DNA of 64,000 nucleotides from Macrostomum lignano (Eukaryota): the NCBI GenBank assembly GCA_002269645.1, contig NIVC01000070.1, forward strand, positions 496,001-560,000. The letters are read 5' to 3'. The position numbers and the translations under genes were made by a program. The notes below the pieces were generated by a model, which had not been told where the DNA came from, did not search any database, and worked only from the letters and a program-made list of their open reading frames with translations. Below, one piece after another: positions 20,701 to 31,800 of the stretch. Within the stretch, counting starts at the first letter, position 1. Each line of letters opens with the position of its first letter.

Positions 20701-23236
20701 GTTCGATCTGGCTGGTATGAATATGCGTCAGTGGATGTCGAATTCTGCCTCCTTGAACGCGAATCTTCCGGAGCAAGATGTGGGTCACGCCAAAAAAGTC
20801 CTTGGGCTCGTCTGGTGTTCGAGTAATGACGTCATTCGTATGGATTTCCGTGACTTGGCTTGCGTGCACAGTGAGCATTGTCCAACTAAGCGCTCAGTAC
20901 TAAGTAAGCTGGCATCAGTGTACGATCCGCTTGGACTAGTGTCTCCAGCCGTAATCTCTGCCAAGATATTGCTTCAACAGTTGTGTGTCAGAAAAATCGA
21001 CTGGGATGAGCCTCTCCCACCTGACATCTCCCAGGCTTGGCACTCCTGGCAGCAATCGTGGGATGGTTGCATCTTCGAGTTTCCTCGTTATTTCTTCCGC
21101 ACGCTTGGTGCCAAGCCAACAAACATTCAACTACACGGCTTCTGTGATGCTAGTGAGTCAGCTTTTGCTGCTTGCATCTACGCGCGTGTTGCATCTGACG
21201 ATGGCGCCGTCGACACCGTGCTCCTCATGGCTAAGTCTCGCGTTGCGCCGCTGCTGAATCTATCCATTGCTCGCTTGGAACTGCTAGGAGCCTTAATACT
21301 ATCGCGCCTTATGCACCTGGTCTCACAACAATTCCCAGGCGCGGAGCGTTTCCTTTGGACTGACAGTTTAACGACACTCTGCTGGATCACTAACATAGAA
21401 AAGCTTCGCAAGGTGTTTGTTCAGAATCGGGTCCGAGAAATTCGTAGCTTAACCTCTATTTCTGAATGGCGACATGTGCCAGGAGAGAATAATCCTGCCG
21501 ACATTCCGTCTAGAGGCTGTCGACCAGAGAGTCTGCAGTCCAACACCCTCTGGATGCACGGCCCAGATTTTTTGCGATCAGGAGACTTTCCGTCATCTGT
21601 GACTCCGTTTCCTCAACCGGTGGCCGAAGAGTCCACGTCTCAGTCTGGTACAGTGCTCCTTGCCTCTGTGGCTGCAACCATGCTCCTTGATCGTGAGTCT
21701 GGTTCGGATTCCCCAACTTCGGACATGTCTTCGATTATGGATGTCGAGCGGTTCTCTAGTTTTAACAAGTTACTTCGCGTCACAGCTTGGGTCAGGCGTT
21801 TCGTTCTGAATTTAAAAGCCTCGTTGGCGCGGTCACCGCTGCAAAAATTCAATTTTGTGACCGCAGCAGAGTTGCACACGTGTGAAACACTCTGGCTCCG
21901 TTCTGCTCAACGTTCTGGATTCTCGAAAGAAATCGATCACCTCTCGAAACACTCGACAGCTACTCCGCTGTGCAGGGATCTAAATCTGGTTCTCGACGAC
22001 GAAGGTTTGCTTCGATCGAAAGGACGAATCGGTGAAGCCTTTCCCTATGAGACCAATTATCCGATTCTAATTCCTCGTCATTCTCACCTGGAACAGCTCC
22101 TCATCAGGAGGGCTCATCAGTCAGTCGCGCACGGGGGAGTAGCTCCCACGCTCTGCAAAATTCGAGAGAAGTTTTGGGTACTCAAAGGTAGACAACGAGT
22201 GAAGCAGGAGTTGTCTCGGTGTGTTGTATGTCGGAAGATTCAAGGGCGTACGTACACCGTGCCGGTCGTTCCCCAGTTACCGAACTTTCGTTTGGCGGAT
22301 CTTCGCCCCTTTCAGACTGTTGGTCTCGATTATTTTGGTCCGATTTTGTATCGGACGGGGGAGAGTGACGTCTCGACTAGTGAGCCTGCAAAAGGGTACG
22401 TGTTGCTCTTCACATGCTCGACCACTCGAGCAGTGCATTTGGAGCTGCTATCAGATATGTCAACTCGACAATTTCTTCACGGCTTGCGACGCTTTGTGGC
22501 GCGTCGTGGACTTCCTTCGTTGATCAGCGACAACGCAAAAACCTTCCGTTCAGCAGCTCGAATCCTCGGTGCCAGCACTAGCGATCAGGTGCAGGCGTTC
22601 TGTGCTGAAAGGAGAATTACCTGGCAGTTCATACCGGAAAGGGCCCCATGGTGGGGCGGATTCTGGGAGCGGTTAGTTGGAGTCATTAAGGGCTCTTTGA
22701 AGAAAAGCATCGGTCGTGCTCAGTTAAACTTTGATCAGTTGTCGTCTACAATCATCGAAATCGAAGCTATCATCAACAGTAGGCCATTGTTGTACGTCTC
22801 TGCCGATGACCGGAGTGAAGTTATTACTCCTTCACACTTTCTACTTGGAGTGCGACTCACTTGGGAACCTGATCAAGGTGCGACTCAGTCGTCAACGCTG
22901 CTGTCACTACCTAGACGACTTGATCTTCTGCGCAACGCTCTGAATCGTTTTTGGAAGGTTTGGCAAGAGGACTACGTCACCGCTCTCCGCGAGAAGCCGT
23001 TGCATGGGCAAGGATGCGGTCCCTTTCCGAAACCTGGTGATGTTGTGGTGGTGTGCGGAGAATCACACCAGCCGAGGCTGATGTGGAAGCTCGGTGTAGT
23101 TGAGTCGGTTTCTGTTGGTCGTGATAGTGTTAGTCGCTCTGCTCTGGTTCGTGTAGTTAGCGGTGTGGGAGCTAGGAGGAGGGAGCGCATTAGGCGCCCG
23201 GTGCGAGCCTTGGTGCCACTCGAAGTCTCTGAGTGA
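17783..23236 (+). CDS. BEL/Pao gag-pol polyprotein (intact)
   Basis: Single long ORF (ATG 17783): gag, three Cys/His knuckles (CTYCKAGHKSEDC, CFRCLRTGHGAHTC, CRFCDGAHHVSIC), protease LLDTASNRSYI, RT YVDN, RNase H LHGFCDASE, integrase GLDYFGP / SDNAKTF / GGFWERLV. Confidence 0.95.
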   Translation: MSAEVKKRALIRAAVTRTIAKADKLLSLSWWNAEAVADAEACLEVLKEKLEALKGADEVIQEDLSEDKMKSELAESYDYSFRCRKYIKLLENSPSSNVALQQPSGSAQPQVKLPKCQLPTFDGTVTGWQTFWDQFSSSVDSNSSLADIDKFNYLLASLSDSAKAGIRGLAVTGANYAAAITILRDRFGKPDLIVRDLMHQLSELRLSDTSLSSLQRFHDDVSAAVRSLEAQNVQAASYETLLLPNLLKRCPDEFRLDMLKSAAYSGSQCDSVKDFLHLLSREIEVREKAVLIGKKTGHDRERSGGSPKPSLSTLTVQSSSNSTPKEHGKIFCTYCKAGHKSEDCLQFATANRRREFLHQEKRCFRCLRTGHGAHTCNDPRQCRFCDGAHHVSICNKAPAKTVITRPAGLAKSNKPAGKQLGRQARSNNQCLTTTAVSAESSPLDHSAQAQSNNSNARADAGSSVTVCATHEEPAPVASPNHVSDHFSSTMFLSSNPSVALPVAKAILLSADGQRELLIRVLLDTASNRSYIRKDVCDLLGITATRSEPLTVSTFTGLTTTIESGTVTFSIRKIDSRQVLNIRANMINDICQPQRSVLVNQFPHLRNLDLADPHDPRDESTPISVLIGADQYYDIVGGEVIRGSSGPSAVSSKLGFVLCGPVKLTEDSGSPSNNSAADWPSEASQVLCCTVADPLTVTSDCDLSRFWRLEAIGISEVQCQSSIDEFVYDPQLINGRYEVKLPWKHPDSSLVLRNHFDLAYKRLDTTMRALLRQPDTFEKAFAIIHEQEATGVIEKVPDADLQQDTNCHYLPHSCVVKADSEHTKLRIVFDGSARAFREDYSINDHLQVGPTDFPRIPEILLRFRRNPIAILGDIEKAFLQISVHASDRDMLRFLWPDLLDERQIWHYRFCRLPFGLSCSPGVLRATILRHLDTFESAFPECVGIVRKDLYVDNLVTSCNSDTEALALYHDAKKLFDLAGMNMRQWMSNSASLNANLPEQDVGHAKKVLGLVWCSSNDVIRMDFRDLACVHSEHCPTKRSVLSKLASVYDPLGLVSPAVISAKILLQQLCVRKIDWDEPLPPDISQAWHSWQQSWDGCIFEFPRYFFRTLGAKPTNIQLHGFCDASESAFAACIYARVASDDGAVDTVLLMAKSRVAPLLNLSIARLELLGALILSRLMHLVSQQFPGAERFLWTDSLTTLCWITNIEKLRKVFVQNRVREIRSLTSISEWRHVPGENNPADIPSRGCRPESLQSNTLWMHGPDFLRSGDFPSSVTPFPQPVAEESTSQSGTVLLASVAATMLLDRESGSDSPTSDMSSIMDVERFSSFNKLLRVTAWVRRFVLNLKASLARSPLQKFNFVTAAELHTCETLWLRSAQRSGFSKEIDHLSKHSTATPLCRDLNLVLDDEGLLRSKGRIGEAFPYETNYPILIPRHSHLEQLLIRRAHQSVAHGGVAPTLCKIREKFWVLKGRQRVKQELSRCVVCRKIQGRTYTVPVVPQLPNFRLADLRPFQTVGLDYFGPILYRTGESDVSTSEPAKGYVLLFTCSTTRAVHLELLSDMSTRQFLHGLRRFVARRGLPSLISDNAKTFRSAARILGASTSDQVQAFCAERRITWQFIPERAPWWGGFWERLVGVIKGSLKKSIGRAQLNFDQLSSTIIEIEAIINSRPLLYVSADDRSEVITPSHFLLGVRLTWEPDQGATQSSTLLSLPRRLDLLRNALNRFWKVWQEDYVTALREKPLHGQGCGPFPKPGDVVVVCGESHQPRLMWKLGVVESVSVGRDSVSRSALVRVVSGVGARRRERIRRPVRALVPLEVSE

Positions 23237-23634
23237 ATGTTAAAGTGTCGAGATAGTTCAATTTCAAAACTTTACTTTTCCGCCATTACTATTTAATGAT
23301 CGCGCATTTTGCTTTCGGTTTCTTTGTTGCAAGAGGTCACTCGTTTAGCCTTTGTAGTTTTTTTTTGTTTCCTAGTGACAGTTACCTATTGGCCTTAGCG
23401 TCATCGTGTTATTTTCTCTAAATCACTAAGTGTTTTGTCACCAACCTTTTGTATGTTTCATGTCATTTATTACAATTTTTTTTCATTTTTTGTCGAATCT
23501 TTAGTGATGATTGGTGAAGGAATCCTCAACCTTTTCAATGGTCTAAATTTTTTTATAATGAAGTCATTGTCATTTCCTGCGTTTGTTTTTTTGCGTTTTT
23601 GGTATCGGGAAAAATTTTATCATTTTTGGGGGAG

Positions 23635-24002
23635 TGTCGCGAAATTTCAGCTTGCTCTAATAGAATTCACTTTCTCCCTTTTCATTTTCTTCCATTCCCT
23701 GTGTGCCTAGTCCATCTTCTATCTGCCGCGCTCTACGTACTGTACATTCTTATCTTGTTTTCCGATTATCGATCGGTGAGTTTTCAGTCAGCCCCCCCCC
23801 CTCTCGGTCTCGTTAGAGCATTTTAGCCCTCGCCCTTCTTACCCATTTCTTCTTATCTTTTCTCTCCCCCCTCTCTCAACCACGTAAATAAATATACTTG
23901 TTTGGGCCCTGCGCCCACTTACTGGCTTATCTTAGTATTCAATTTTCAACAGTATTCAACATCCTGTTCAACTTCTAGTTTTTTAGTCTATTTTTCTCGA
24001 CA
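23635..24002 (+). repeat. BEL/Pao 3' LTR
   Basis: 368-bp near-identical direct repeat of 16489-16853. Confidence 0.95.
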
Positions 24003-24007
24003 ACCGG

Positions 24008-24720
24008 TCAATCGGCAAGGGGCTCCGCAACTTACGGCTCTGTTGGCAAGGCTTGTTCTCCAGCTCAGCCTCGATCTCAGCAGTCTGGCGTTGAAGAGTC
24101 CTCAGCCGAAGCAGTTTCTCCTGACGGGCGATCCTCTTGTCCAGATCGTCGGTGCCCTGCGGGGCGCCAGCCTCGTCCAGGGTCGCTTCTTCATCGTCGT
24201 CGCTGCTGCTGGTGCTGACTCGGTCGATTTCGCTCGAGTGAGTGGCTGTTGGCCGTCCACGTCGCTTGGCTTGATTCGAGAAACTGGCTTGTTCGAGTCT
24301 GACTTGCAACTCTCGCTTGCGACCGCCACTGGACAGTCCCAGTTGGCGTAGACGGTCTCTAAGCTGCCTTGCAGTCATTTGGTCAATTGAAATCTCGGCC
24401 ATTGCAGTTGCAGCCTAGGCAGCACTCACGCCACTCCGTACGATACAAAAAAATTTCATGCAGCGCGAGAAAGGTGAGGCAGGCTGAGTAAAAGCTAGGT
24501 GATATAAGCCTCACGGCGGAGGGGTGCAGTGCAGAGAGGGGGGTGGACTTGGGGTGGTTGTTTACAACCAATCAGCAAACGCCGATTGGACACTATAATT
24601 TGCGCCGCCCCCAGAGAGCACGGAATTAATTTCCAAAACAGTAGAACTAGAAAAAATTGAATAAAAAAAGGCTCCCAGTACCTGCTTCCTCAAGTTAGCC
24701 CTCCCTCCAGCTTAGCACCA
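24008..24720 (-). mobile_element. 5' part of the Ngaro-like element (leader and gag N-terminus with a SAP-like motif)
   Basis: The ORF from ATG 24402 (MAEISIDQMTARQLRDRLRQLGLSSGGRKRELQVRL) joins in frame to the gag at 16488 when BEL and one TSD are removed (..PIDR|SPAAYEPELG..LVTVKDG). The 5' boundary is approximate. Confidence 0.8.
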
Positions 24721-25068
24721 ACCCCCGTCAAATTTGCACTACTCCCAGCAGATAATTTTTTTGAAAATAAATTTCTACGAAAATGAGGATTTTAATTTTA
24801 CACAACTTACAACGATTGTACAATTCGAATACATATTCGGGTGAATGAACATTGCGCGTACATCACGTGCGAATCGATAATGCGCAGACACACATAGGTG
24901 ACAGTCGGCATTAGCTGATTCACATATCAAAGGCGAGCCCCTGGCTGGAACTCTCACTATTTGTTTTAATTAGAGGCAGGGGGGTCGTGTGCACCCTGGC
25001 GCACTTTAAGCGACATAGGTACGCAACCGGCGAGAGGCATTACTGCGCATTCCGCCGACTCCCCTGAG

Positions 25069-25305
25069 CAGGCACACACTCACACAGGAGTGTACAGCGG
25101 CCCTAACTTTATTTTATCGTTAGGCATGTACACTTCACTGCGCCTTGGGGGTTGGCTCTCAAGGCCGTTAATTGCACGAGCAGATCCAAGCCGAGATTCC
25201 AATTCAGCCCCAAATTAATGTGACTGCACTTGGAATCGAGCATGGGTCGCTGGCACACCAGAGCAGCTGCGCTACCGCTGGGCTACCGCTGGGCTACGCC
25301 CCCCC
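25069..25305 (-). mobile_element. tRNA-derived SINE-like element, copy 2
   Basis: Minus strand GGGGGGCGTAGCCCAGCGGTAGCCCAGCGGTAGCG with a duplicated A-box, B-box GCTCGATTCC (25232-25241), and a body homologous to 1901-2113. Confidence 0.65.
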
Positions 25306-25984
25306 TGAACACTCACTATATAGAATGTCTGCTAAAAGTGACAGTGACAGTGACAGCCTTGCTAGTGAGCCAAAAAAGACAGACAATGCAACCCTTTCAA
25401 AGGATGATTGCGCTAAAACTGACTGCAAAGCAGCAGTAAAAGTGCCGCTGATGAATGATTTTTATCGGAAGGCGGCTTAGTGAAGCTGTTCTTGAGGGTC
25501 TCACGGACGTAAAGATTGCTTTTAACAGGCTTTGCCTTGAAGCAAAACAGCCCAAATCCAGTGTCGCTTCGATCAGTGTTGCCAGTGAAAACTGCAATCG
25601 ACAATGGCACCATGCATAAAAGCGTCATTACCCTATGACAATTCACTCAGAAACTGTAAACTATAGTTTATTGTCTCTGAGTGAAAGCTGAAAGACGAGA
25701 AGACAAAAGCAAAAAATTCAAATTCAAAGCAGCTGCTGCTCAGTAGATAAATTCGCCTCAGTTGTCACAAGTCAGTAAATGGAAATCAGAAGACAGTTCA
25801 ATCCGCATTGAAAGTCTATCGATGTGCTGTATAAAATACATGTACAAAAATTCGAAAGGAAGCACCGCTCTAAAAACTTTGAATTGAGTAAAAATACTCA
25901 TACGAGCTACAGTCCGGTGATTGGCAAGTCCGCCTTTTTCAGAAAGACAGCTTACAGGAAATATTTGAAAAACTCACTGCGACG

Positions 25985-26970
25985 ATGATGGTTCCGTCTC
26001 CCCGACTTCTGTTGTGCGTGGCTGCCTGCTGCTTTCTGTCACTGCAGACCGTCTTTGCCGGATGCCGATCGAAGTGGAAGCAGCTCCGAGGCGACATCAC
26101 AGAGTACAAGCTGATCACTGTGCTCAATTTTCCAAAGATTACCGACTGTCTGATGAAATCGTCAGCGGCCGAGGCTCACGCAGCCTCCTTCGACGCTGAG
26201 TCGGGCGACTGCGCCCTGCTGCAGTGCGACCGGTGCGGCAGGGACGCCTGCAGGAAGTGTCGACACGAGAAGGACGCGAGTCTGCCGATGCTCTGGGTAG
26301 GTGACCCGTTTCACTACATTTTTTCCATTTAGCATGATAACTGATATAGTTATTGAGCCAAACAGTGGATTTTAATCGACGTTGCTGGTTTGTACTTCAG
26401 ATCAAGGATCCACCGAAGACTTGCTGGAAGACGTTCCAGCGCAGAGTCGACGGTTCCGTCAGCTTCAACCGGAACTGGTCGGAGTACGCGAGCGGATTCG
26501 GTCAGGGCGAGAGTCTCAACTACTGGATGGGACTGGAGCAGCTGCACCAGCTCACCGCCACTGGAGTGTGGAGAGTCCGCTGGGAGTTCAGCGACTGGAA
26601 TGACAACTGGTACTGGGCTGAGAATGCTCCGTTCTCTGTAGGCCCAGCGGCTGACAAATACAGGTGCTCGATGGGTCCGCTGGACGCGAGCAGGTCGAAC
26701 GTTAGACAACCGACGGGGTTAGCTTCTTCATCAATGAATGAGTCGTTTAGCACTCCTGATTCTGATAATGACAATTGGCCCTATGGGAAGTGCGCTGGAC
26801 GTTCTGGCTGGTGGTACAGTTAATGCGCTTTCATGAGCCCGAATGAACTTTACCCGTATCCTCCTTACGCGTATGATAACATGGGTATCTACTACTTTTT
26901 GTCTCACTCTGACCCCGTGTTGCGAGTGAAATGCTCCATGAAGACGTTCGAGCGCATGATTCGGCAGTAA
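25985..26970 (+). pseudogene. Secreted fibrinogen-related domain (FReD) protein with a Cys-rich N-terminal exon; premature stop
   Basis: Exon 1 25985-26296 (signal peptide), intron 26297-26400, exon 2 26401-26970: FQRRVDGSVSFNRNWSEYASGFG..YWMGLEQLHQLT..FSTPDSDND..C..GWWYS. In-frame TAA 26821-26823, then the frame continues CAFMSPN..MIRQ* to 26970. Confidence 0.85.
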
Positions 26971-28816
26971 ATTTTAAAATCTAAAACGGAACATAATTAC
27001 ATTTACATGTAATTATGTTCGATCGTCCATAGGAAAAATTCTGAGACAATAATTTTGTTTTAATAGCAACATCAGTTTTTGTCATCAAGTCAAACTAAAA
27101 CCGCGTGATAATTAATTTACAAAAAATATCTTCAGCTTCATTGAGATACGAGTGTATAGCTAACTATTCGTAATATAGCTAAATGCAAATTATCTCGCTG
27201 ATTCTTTCCATTGCAAACTTCAACAATTTTCTAACTTTGGGCTCAGTTAACTGACTAGAATGACGCGCCAACTTCTCTCTCATGTAGTAGACTATGCTAT
27301 TTAGTTTTAAGATTGTTTGTATGTTTCTTGTTTAAATAGCACGTCATTTATTAATTTAACAGCCAGTGGATAAATCGTTGTTGCTAGATTTGCAAGGTAA
27401 ACTTTTAAGATGTTTAAATTGTTGCAATTGTATTTCTAAGCATTTAAGAACATATACTTCAGTTCTTAAGTACTATAATATTATAAACAGTTGTACATAT
27501 AATTTTGTTTCAATTATTAACTTACACTCAATATGATAGTCATATGGTTAGTTATCTCATTTTTCATCTTTAGTTTGTCACTAGGATGATTTAATTAAGT
27601 AAATTTATGCATTAAGCCATGTAATCTGAATAATCTGAACTTCGATTAGCCTCACCTAGCATTGTGATTTGGCATTTGAGCTTTCAAATCTTGCTACTTT
27701 GGTATTTCATCTTTAAAATTTGTAAGTTTGCGAGTATCATTGTGTCAGTAATAGAGAAAGAGAATGCAGATAGCAAAATATGTGGCTGGAGTTTGTTAGA
27801 GTTATTTTTTAACAGTTTGTAACTTTCAAATTATGCTCTTACTGTTACAAAGAAAATTTTTAGAGAAAATTAGATTATTTTTCACCGGGTCGTAAGTAAA
27901 GCTTCTGAAGACTAGCTTCTAATGATTAATTTTAAGCCTATGGCCAAGCTTATAAGGTGCGTGCAGCCAATGTCAAGTGCTTGCTTGTGCAGGAGATCAA
28001 AACTCTCCCTATACAGCTGTCAGCAACAAGATAAATGATTAATATTCACAAGAAGAATGTGGCCACCTGGGCGCAACGCCTTCGGCGACATTGTCCAGCC
28101 ATCAGCGATAAGACGATTCTGCCTATTCTGCTGACTTCTGAGCACATTACAAGGGTGCCAATACTGTACGCAGGCATTTACACTGTGCCTTTGGGGTTGG
28201 CCCTCCAGTGAAGTGTGAATCCATGTGAATCCATGACGCGACAGTAAGAGGCGTTTACCGCTAAGCAGCTTCCGCCCCGAGCAGCAGGGTGAACTGGACC
28301 TTAACAGTAGGAATACCAAGCTATGCCCCCCCCCCCCTGGTGCCACTTGTTGAAGGTCCAGAATGCTAGCGACCAAAGAATTCAAAGCTAATGCAGACAT
28401 ATGCAGTTGGCTTGCTGATGAAATTTTGAGGCTTGGCAAGGTCACACTGAGGCGCAGTACGGATTGACGCACAGGGCTGTATTGAACATCTACGCTCGTA
28501 GACGGTCTCAAGGGCTGGCGACTGGATTCTTGTTTGAGAGAAATAAAAAGTTAGCCTGTACCCTTGAAATTTCGTGGGCCTGCGTTACTCCGTTCAAAAA
28601 CAAGTCAGGGTGAATCCCCCTTAGTTGTTCTATACTGGTAACTTTCCTTAGAGGTGACGCAAGCCCAAACTGAGCAGCTGCCTACTAACCATTTGGCCGA
28701 TTCTGCTAAACTTAAATCCCAGCTTATATGCTATTCAGATATCTCTGCTAAGAGTTGTTTCTTGCTAAGACGGCTATGGCATTCGGCACCAGCTTTTTAA
28801 ATTATTTTCTTGCAGC

Positions 28817-31800
28817 ATGGCCAGCAACAGCACGGGCGAACCAGAGGACTGCAGCTACACATACGCGGCAACTCGCTGCCAATCAGCCTCGGCAGATGGG
28901 AGGGTGCTAGCTGTGCAAACAGGTGACCTTATTTGTGCCTGTAACCCGCCTTTATTTGATAGTCCAACAATCCATGGTCGAAACGTATCAACGGGCCAGA
29001 CGGGAATATTTCCCGGCGACTGTCTCATGCGATGCATCCGGGCTAACTTGCGCAGCAACTTTGACCAGCTGCAAGCTGCTGCAGAGGTGCTGATCACTGA
29101 GATCAGAATGCAACAGCCCGGCTGCCCGTTCTACTGCGGCGACAGTTGCTACACCAGGCCAATCGATTGGTTCTATTTTGACTGCGCGGAAGATTTGGCA
29201 GTTGTTGTCCGCGCCTACTCGGCCCGCGAGGAGGACGAGCACAGCCTGGCAGTGAGCCAAGTTCTGTGGATTCTCCACAGGCGTACAAGCGACCTCGGCT
29301 GGTGGCTGGGCGAGTACAACGGAAGAGCGGCTTATGTTCATTGCAGCTGCGTTATGCCACTTGACGAGGTGAGAATTTTGTGCAAAGGGGGACAAATTAT
29401 CGTACTTATTCGTGCTTTGTCCTCCCGCCTTAGGTGGTTCAAATTCACTGCAAGACATCAATGTTACTTCTATACTTAAGCAAAGGCTCATAAAGTTAAA
29501 AAACTCCTTAACGAAGTTAAGCTAAGGAAAAGTGTTTTCCTGGCCCTACAAAAGGAAAAGCGGTCGCTCGTCCATTTCACTATCGGTAGACGCACTATGA
29601 AATCTATAATTAGATACGCACAACAATGATAAATCTGATAATATAACACTTCAAACTTCCCCAATAAGGCTGATATTGAATTGGTATGAATGATGGGCAT
29701 GTGGGAGATTGCCACAGGTCACAAAAAGGATAATTGAAGTGGGAAGTTCGATGCAGTTTAAATGCTAAGGGACGCAAAATCTCGTAGGAGCGATCACAAG
29801 TTTGAGCTTTATGATTCCCGTGCGACTAATTTAATCTCGCGATTGACAATTTCCTTGAGCGTCACCAGCAGCACCTCCTGCACCGGCTGTGTGCAGTACA
29901 ACTGCTAGATGGAGTCGCCGACAGCGCAACAGATTGCTTGAGCAGACCAGTGCTTCGTTGGTGACTTTTCAATTATTTTTCAAATGTGAAGTGTAAAGGC
30001 TTATTAAGTGGCTGGGGCGATGGCACCCCGTAACCACAGCGTCCATGAATTTTGCTTAATGATAAGTGTATTTTATGTACTTTAAACTACCAGATCCAGA
30101 CGCTGCTCGCCCAGTGGGCCATGCAAGGTGATTTCGAGGCAATTCGGGCTATTGTCACACCCGAGCTCATGCGGTTTTACGGTAAGAATGGTCAGACGGT
30201 CTTGATGCTGGCGGCGACATTCGGCGCTCTGCAGTCAAAGGCCTCGGCTGCCAAGTGCGTAGGCTATTTGATTCACAGCGGCTGCGATCCTCGAGCAAGC
30301 GAAACTTCGGGCAATACGGCCGCGCACATGGCAGCCGCTCTCGATAATTTACAACTACTGGCGCTGATACCGTTTGAAGCGAAGTGGCTACTCAATAGCC
30401 TGGGTTTCACGCCTCTCATGGTGGCTGCTCAGGCTGGCAGCTGGAGATGCGCCAAGCATCTGCTGCATCTATTGCGCCAGAGCAGATACCACCAACAGCG
30501 TGACAGCTGCATCCACATCAGAGCTGGCGACGGTCGCACAGCGTTGAACATCGCGAAAGATAGCGGCAAGAATGATATCGCGCAGATGATTGAAAAGTAT
30601 GTTTATAGCTTGATTAATCAACTTTACAGTGACATAAAAAAATTCTATTCGACTGCCAACTTGCTACTATTTTAGCGAAATCGGTTTTAATTATGCCGGA
30701 CCCCGCTCAATCTTCTTGGAGCACACAGTAAGACTCACATCGTTTAACTATGCAGTTTAACAGAGTTCAGAAATACGACTTTGTTCCTTCAAAGCTCAGT
30801 CAAACTTCTATCAGCTGATTTATCATATCACTCAACTGATGTACTAAGCAACAAGTATATGAAGGTCATCGATCGCGTAAACATTAATCTCTAATTTTGC
30901 CTGAAAATATTTGTCACCAGCTTTAAAAGCTCGCTCACAACGCAATCAGATAAGACCAATTTATTGGCGTCGTACGGCTGCACCTACGCTCGTAGTATAT
31001 ACGAGCTATATTTAGTCGCTTTTTACATCAGTCGCGTGATTTGATTGCTCCGATCGATACTACTGTGAATGGGCCTATCACAGCAACTTTTAAAATTACA
31101 CTTACAGCTTGAATACACACGAAAACGGCTCGTAGAATTCGCCAAGACGAGCAAAAATGGCAATCTAAGAGACCTGTTAACGTTGTCAAACTCGGATTTG
31201 CCGGACAGAACCGGCAGAACCGCTCTGTGTATTTTCTCTGAGGGCAAAGAAAACAATAAACATATTGCCCGATCGTTGTTGTCCAACTGCGATCCAACCT
31301 GCGCAGACGTTGGCGGCGGGACCTGCTTGCACGCGGCGATGCTAAGCGGCAACTTGGTAGCCTTGCAGAGCCTCCTTGGCGCTGGCGTAGACGTGAACGC
31401 CTGCACTGAGGACGGGACCACGCCTTTGATGCAAGCGGCCCGCCAAACCGGCTGTGACGACGCTGTGGCTGTGAAAATGTCTCGGCTGTTGCTGCAGTCG
31501 GGCGCAGACTGGACTGCGAGAAACAGCACTGGAAACACGGCGCTGAGTATGGCAAGGGAGAGCCACAAAACTTCTCTGTCTACTCTGCTGCAGCAGTAAG
31601 CTGGCAATGTCCTTTCAATCCTAAATTTAAAATGTGTACATGTATCGTGCCAGCACTTTTATTTATATTCCTTCTATTTTTCAGATACGAAGGCAACAAT
31701 TACTTCGATGTTGTTCAGTAAGAATGTTTTTGAAATATGCCTTATTTACTACAATGGACTGCTAGCAAATACGCTCGTATTCAATAATGTAAGTCAACAA

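Larger units (their letters stand above)
16489..24002 (+). mobile_element. Full-length BEL/Pao LTR retrotransposon
   Basis: LTRs 16489-16853 and 23635-24002 (TG..CA) differ only by one substitution and C7 vs C10. 5-bp TSD ACCGG (16484-16488, 24003-24007). PBS TGGCGCCCGA (16854-16863). GGGGGAG PPT before the 3' LTR. Confidence 0.97.

Noticed and set aside
25230-25305. Possible tRNA gene
   Set aside because: It has A and B boxes but no complete cloverleaf, and continues into a body shared with another dispersed copy, so it is a SINE head.
26821-26823. Selenocysteine or programmed readthrough in the FReD gene
   Set aside because: The stop is TAA, not TGA, and the context is not a known readthrough signal.
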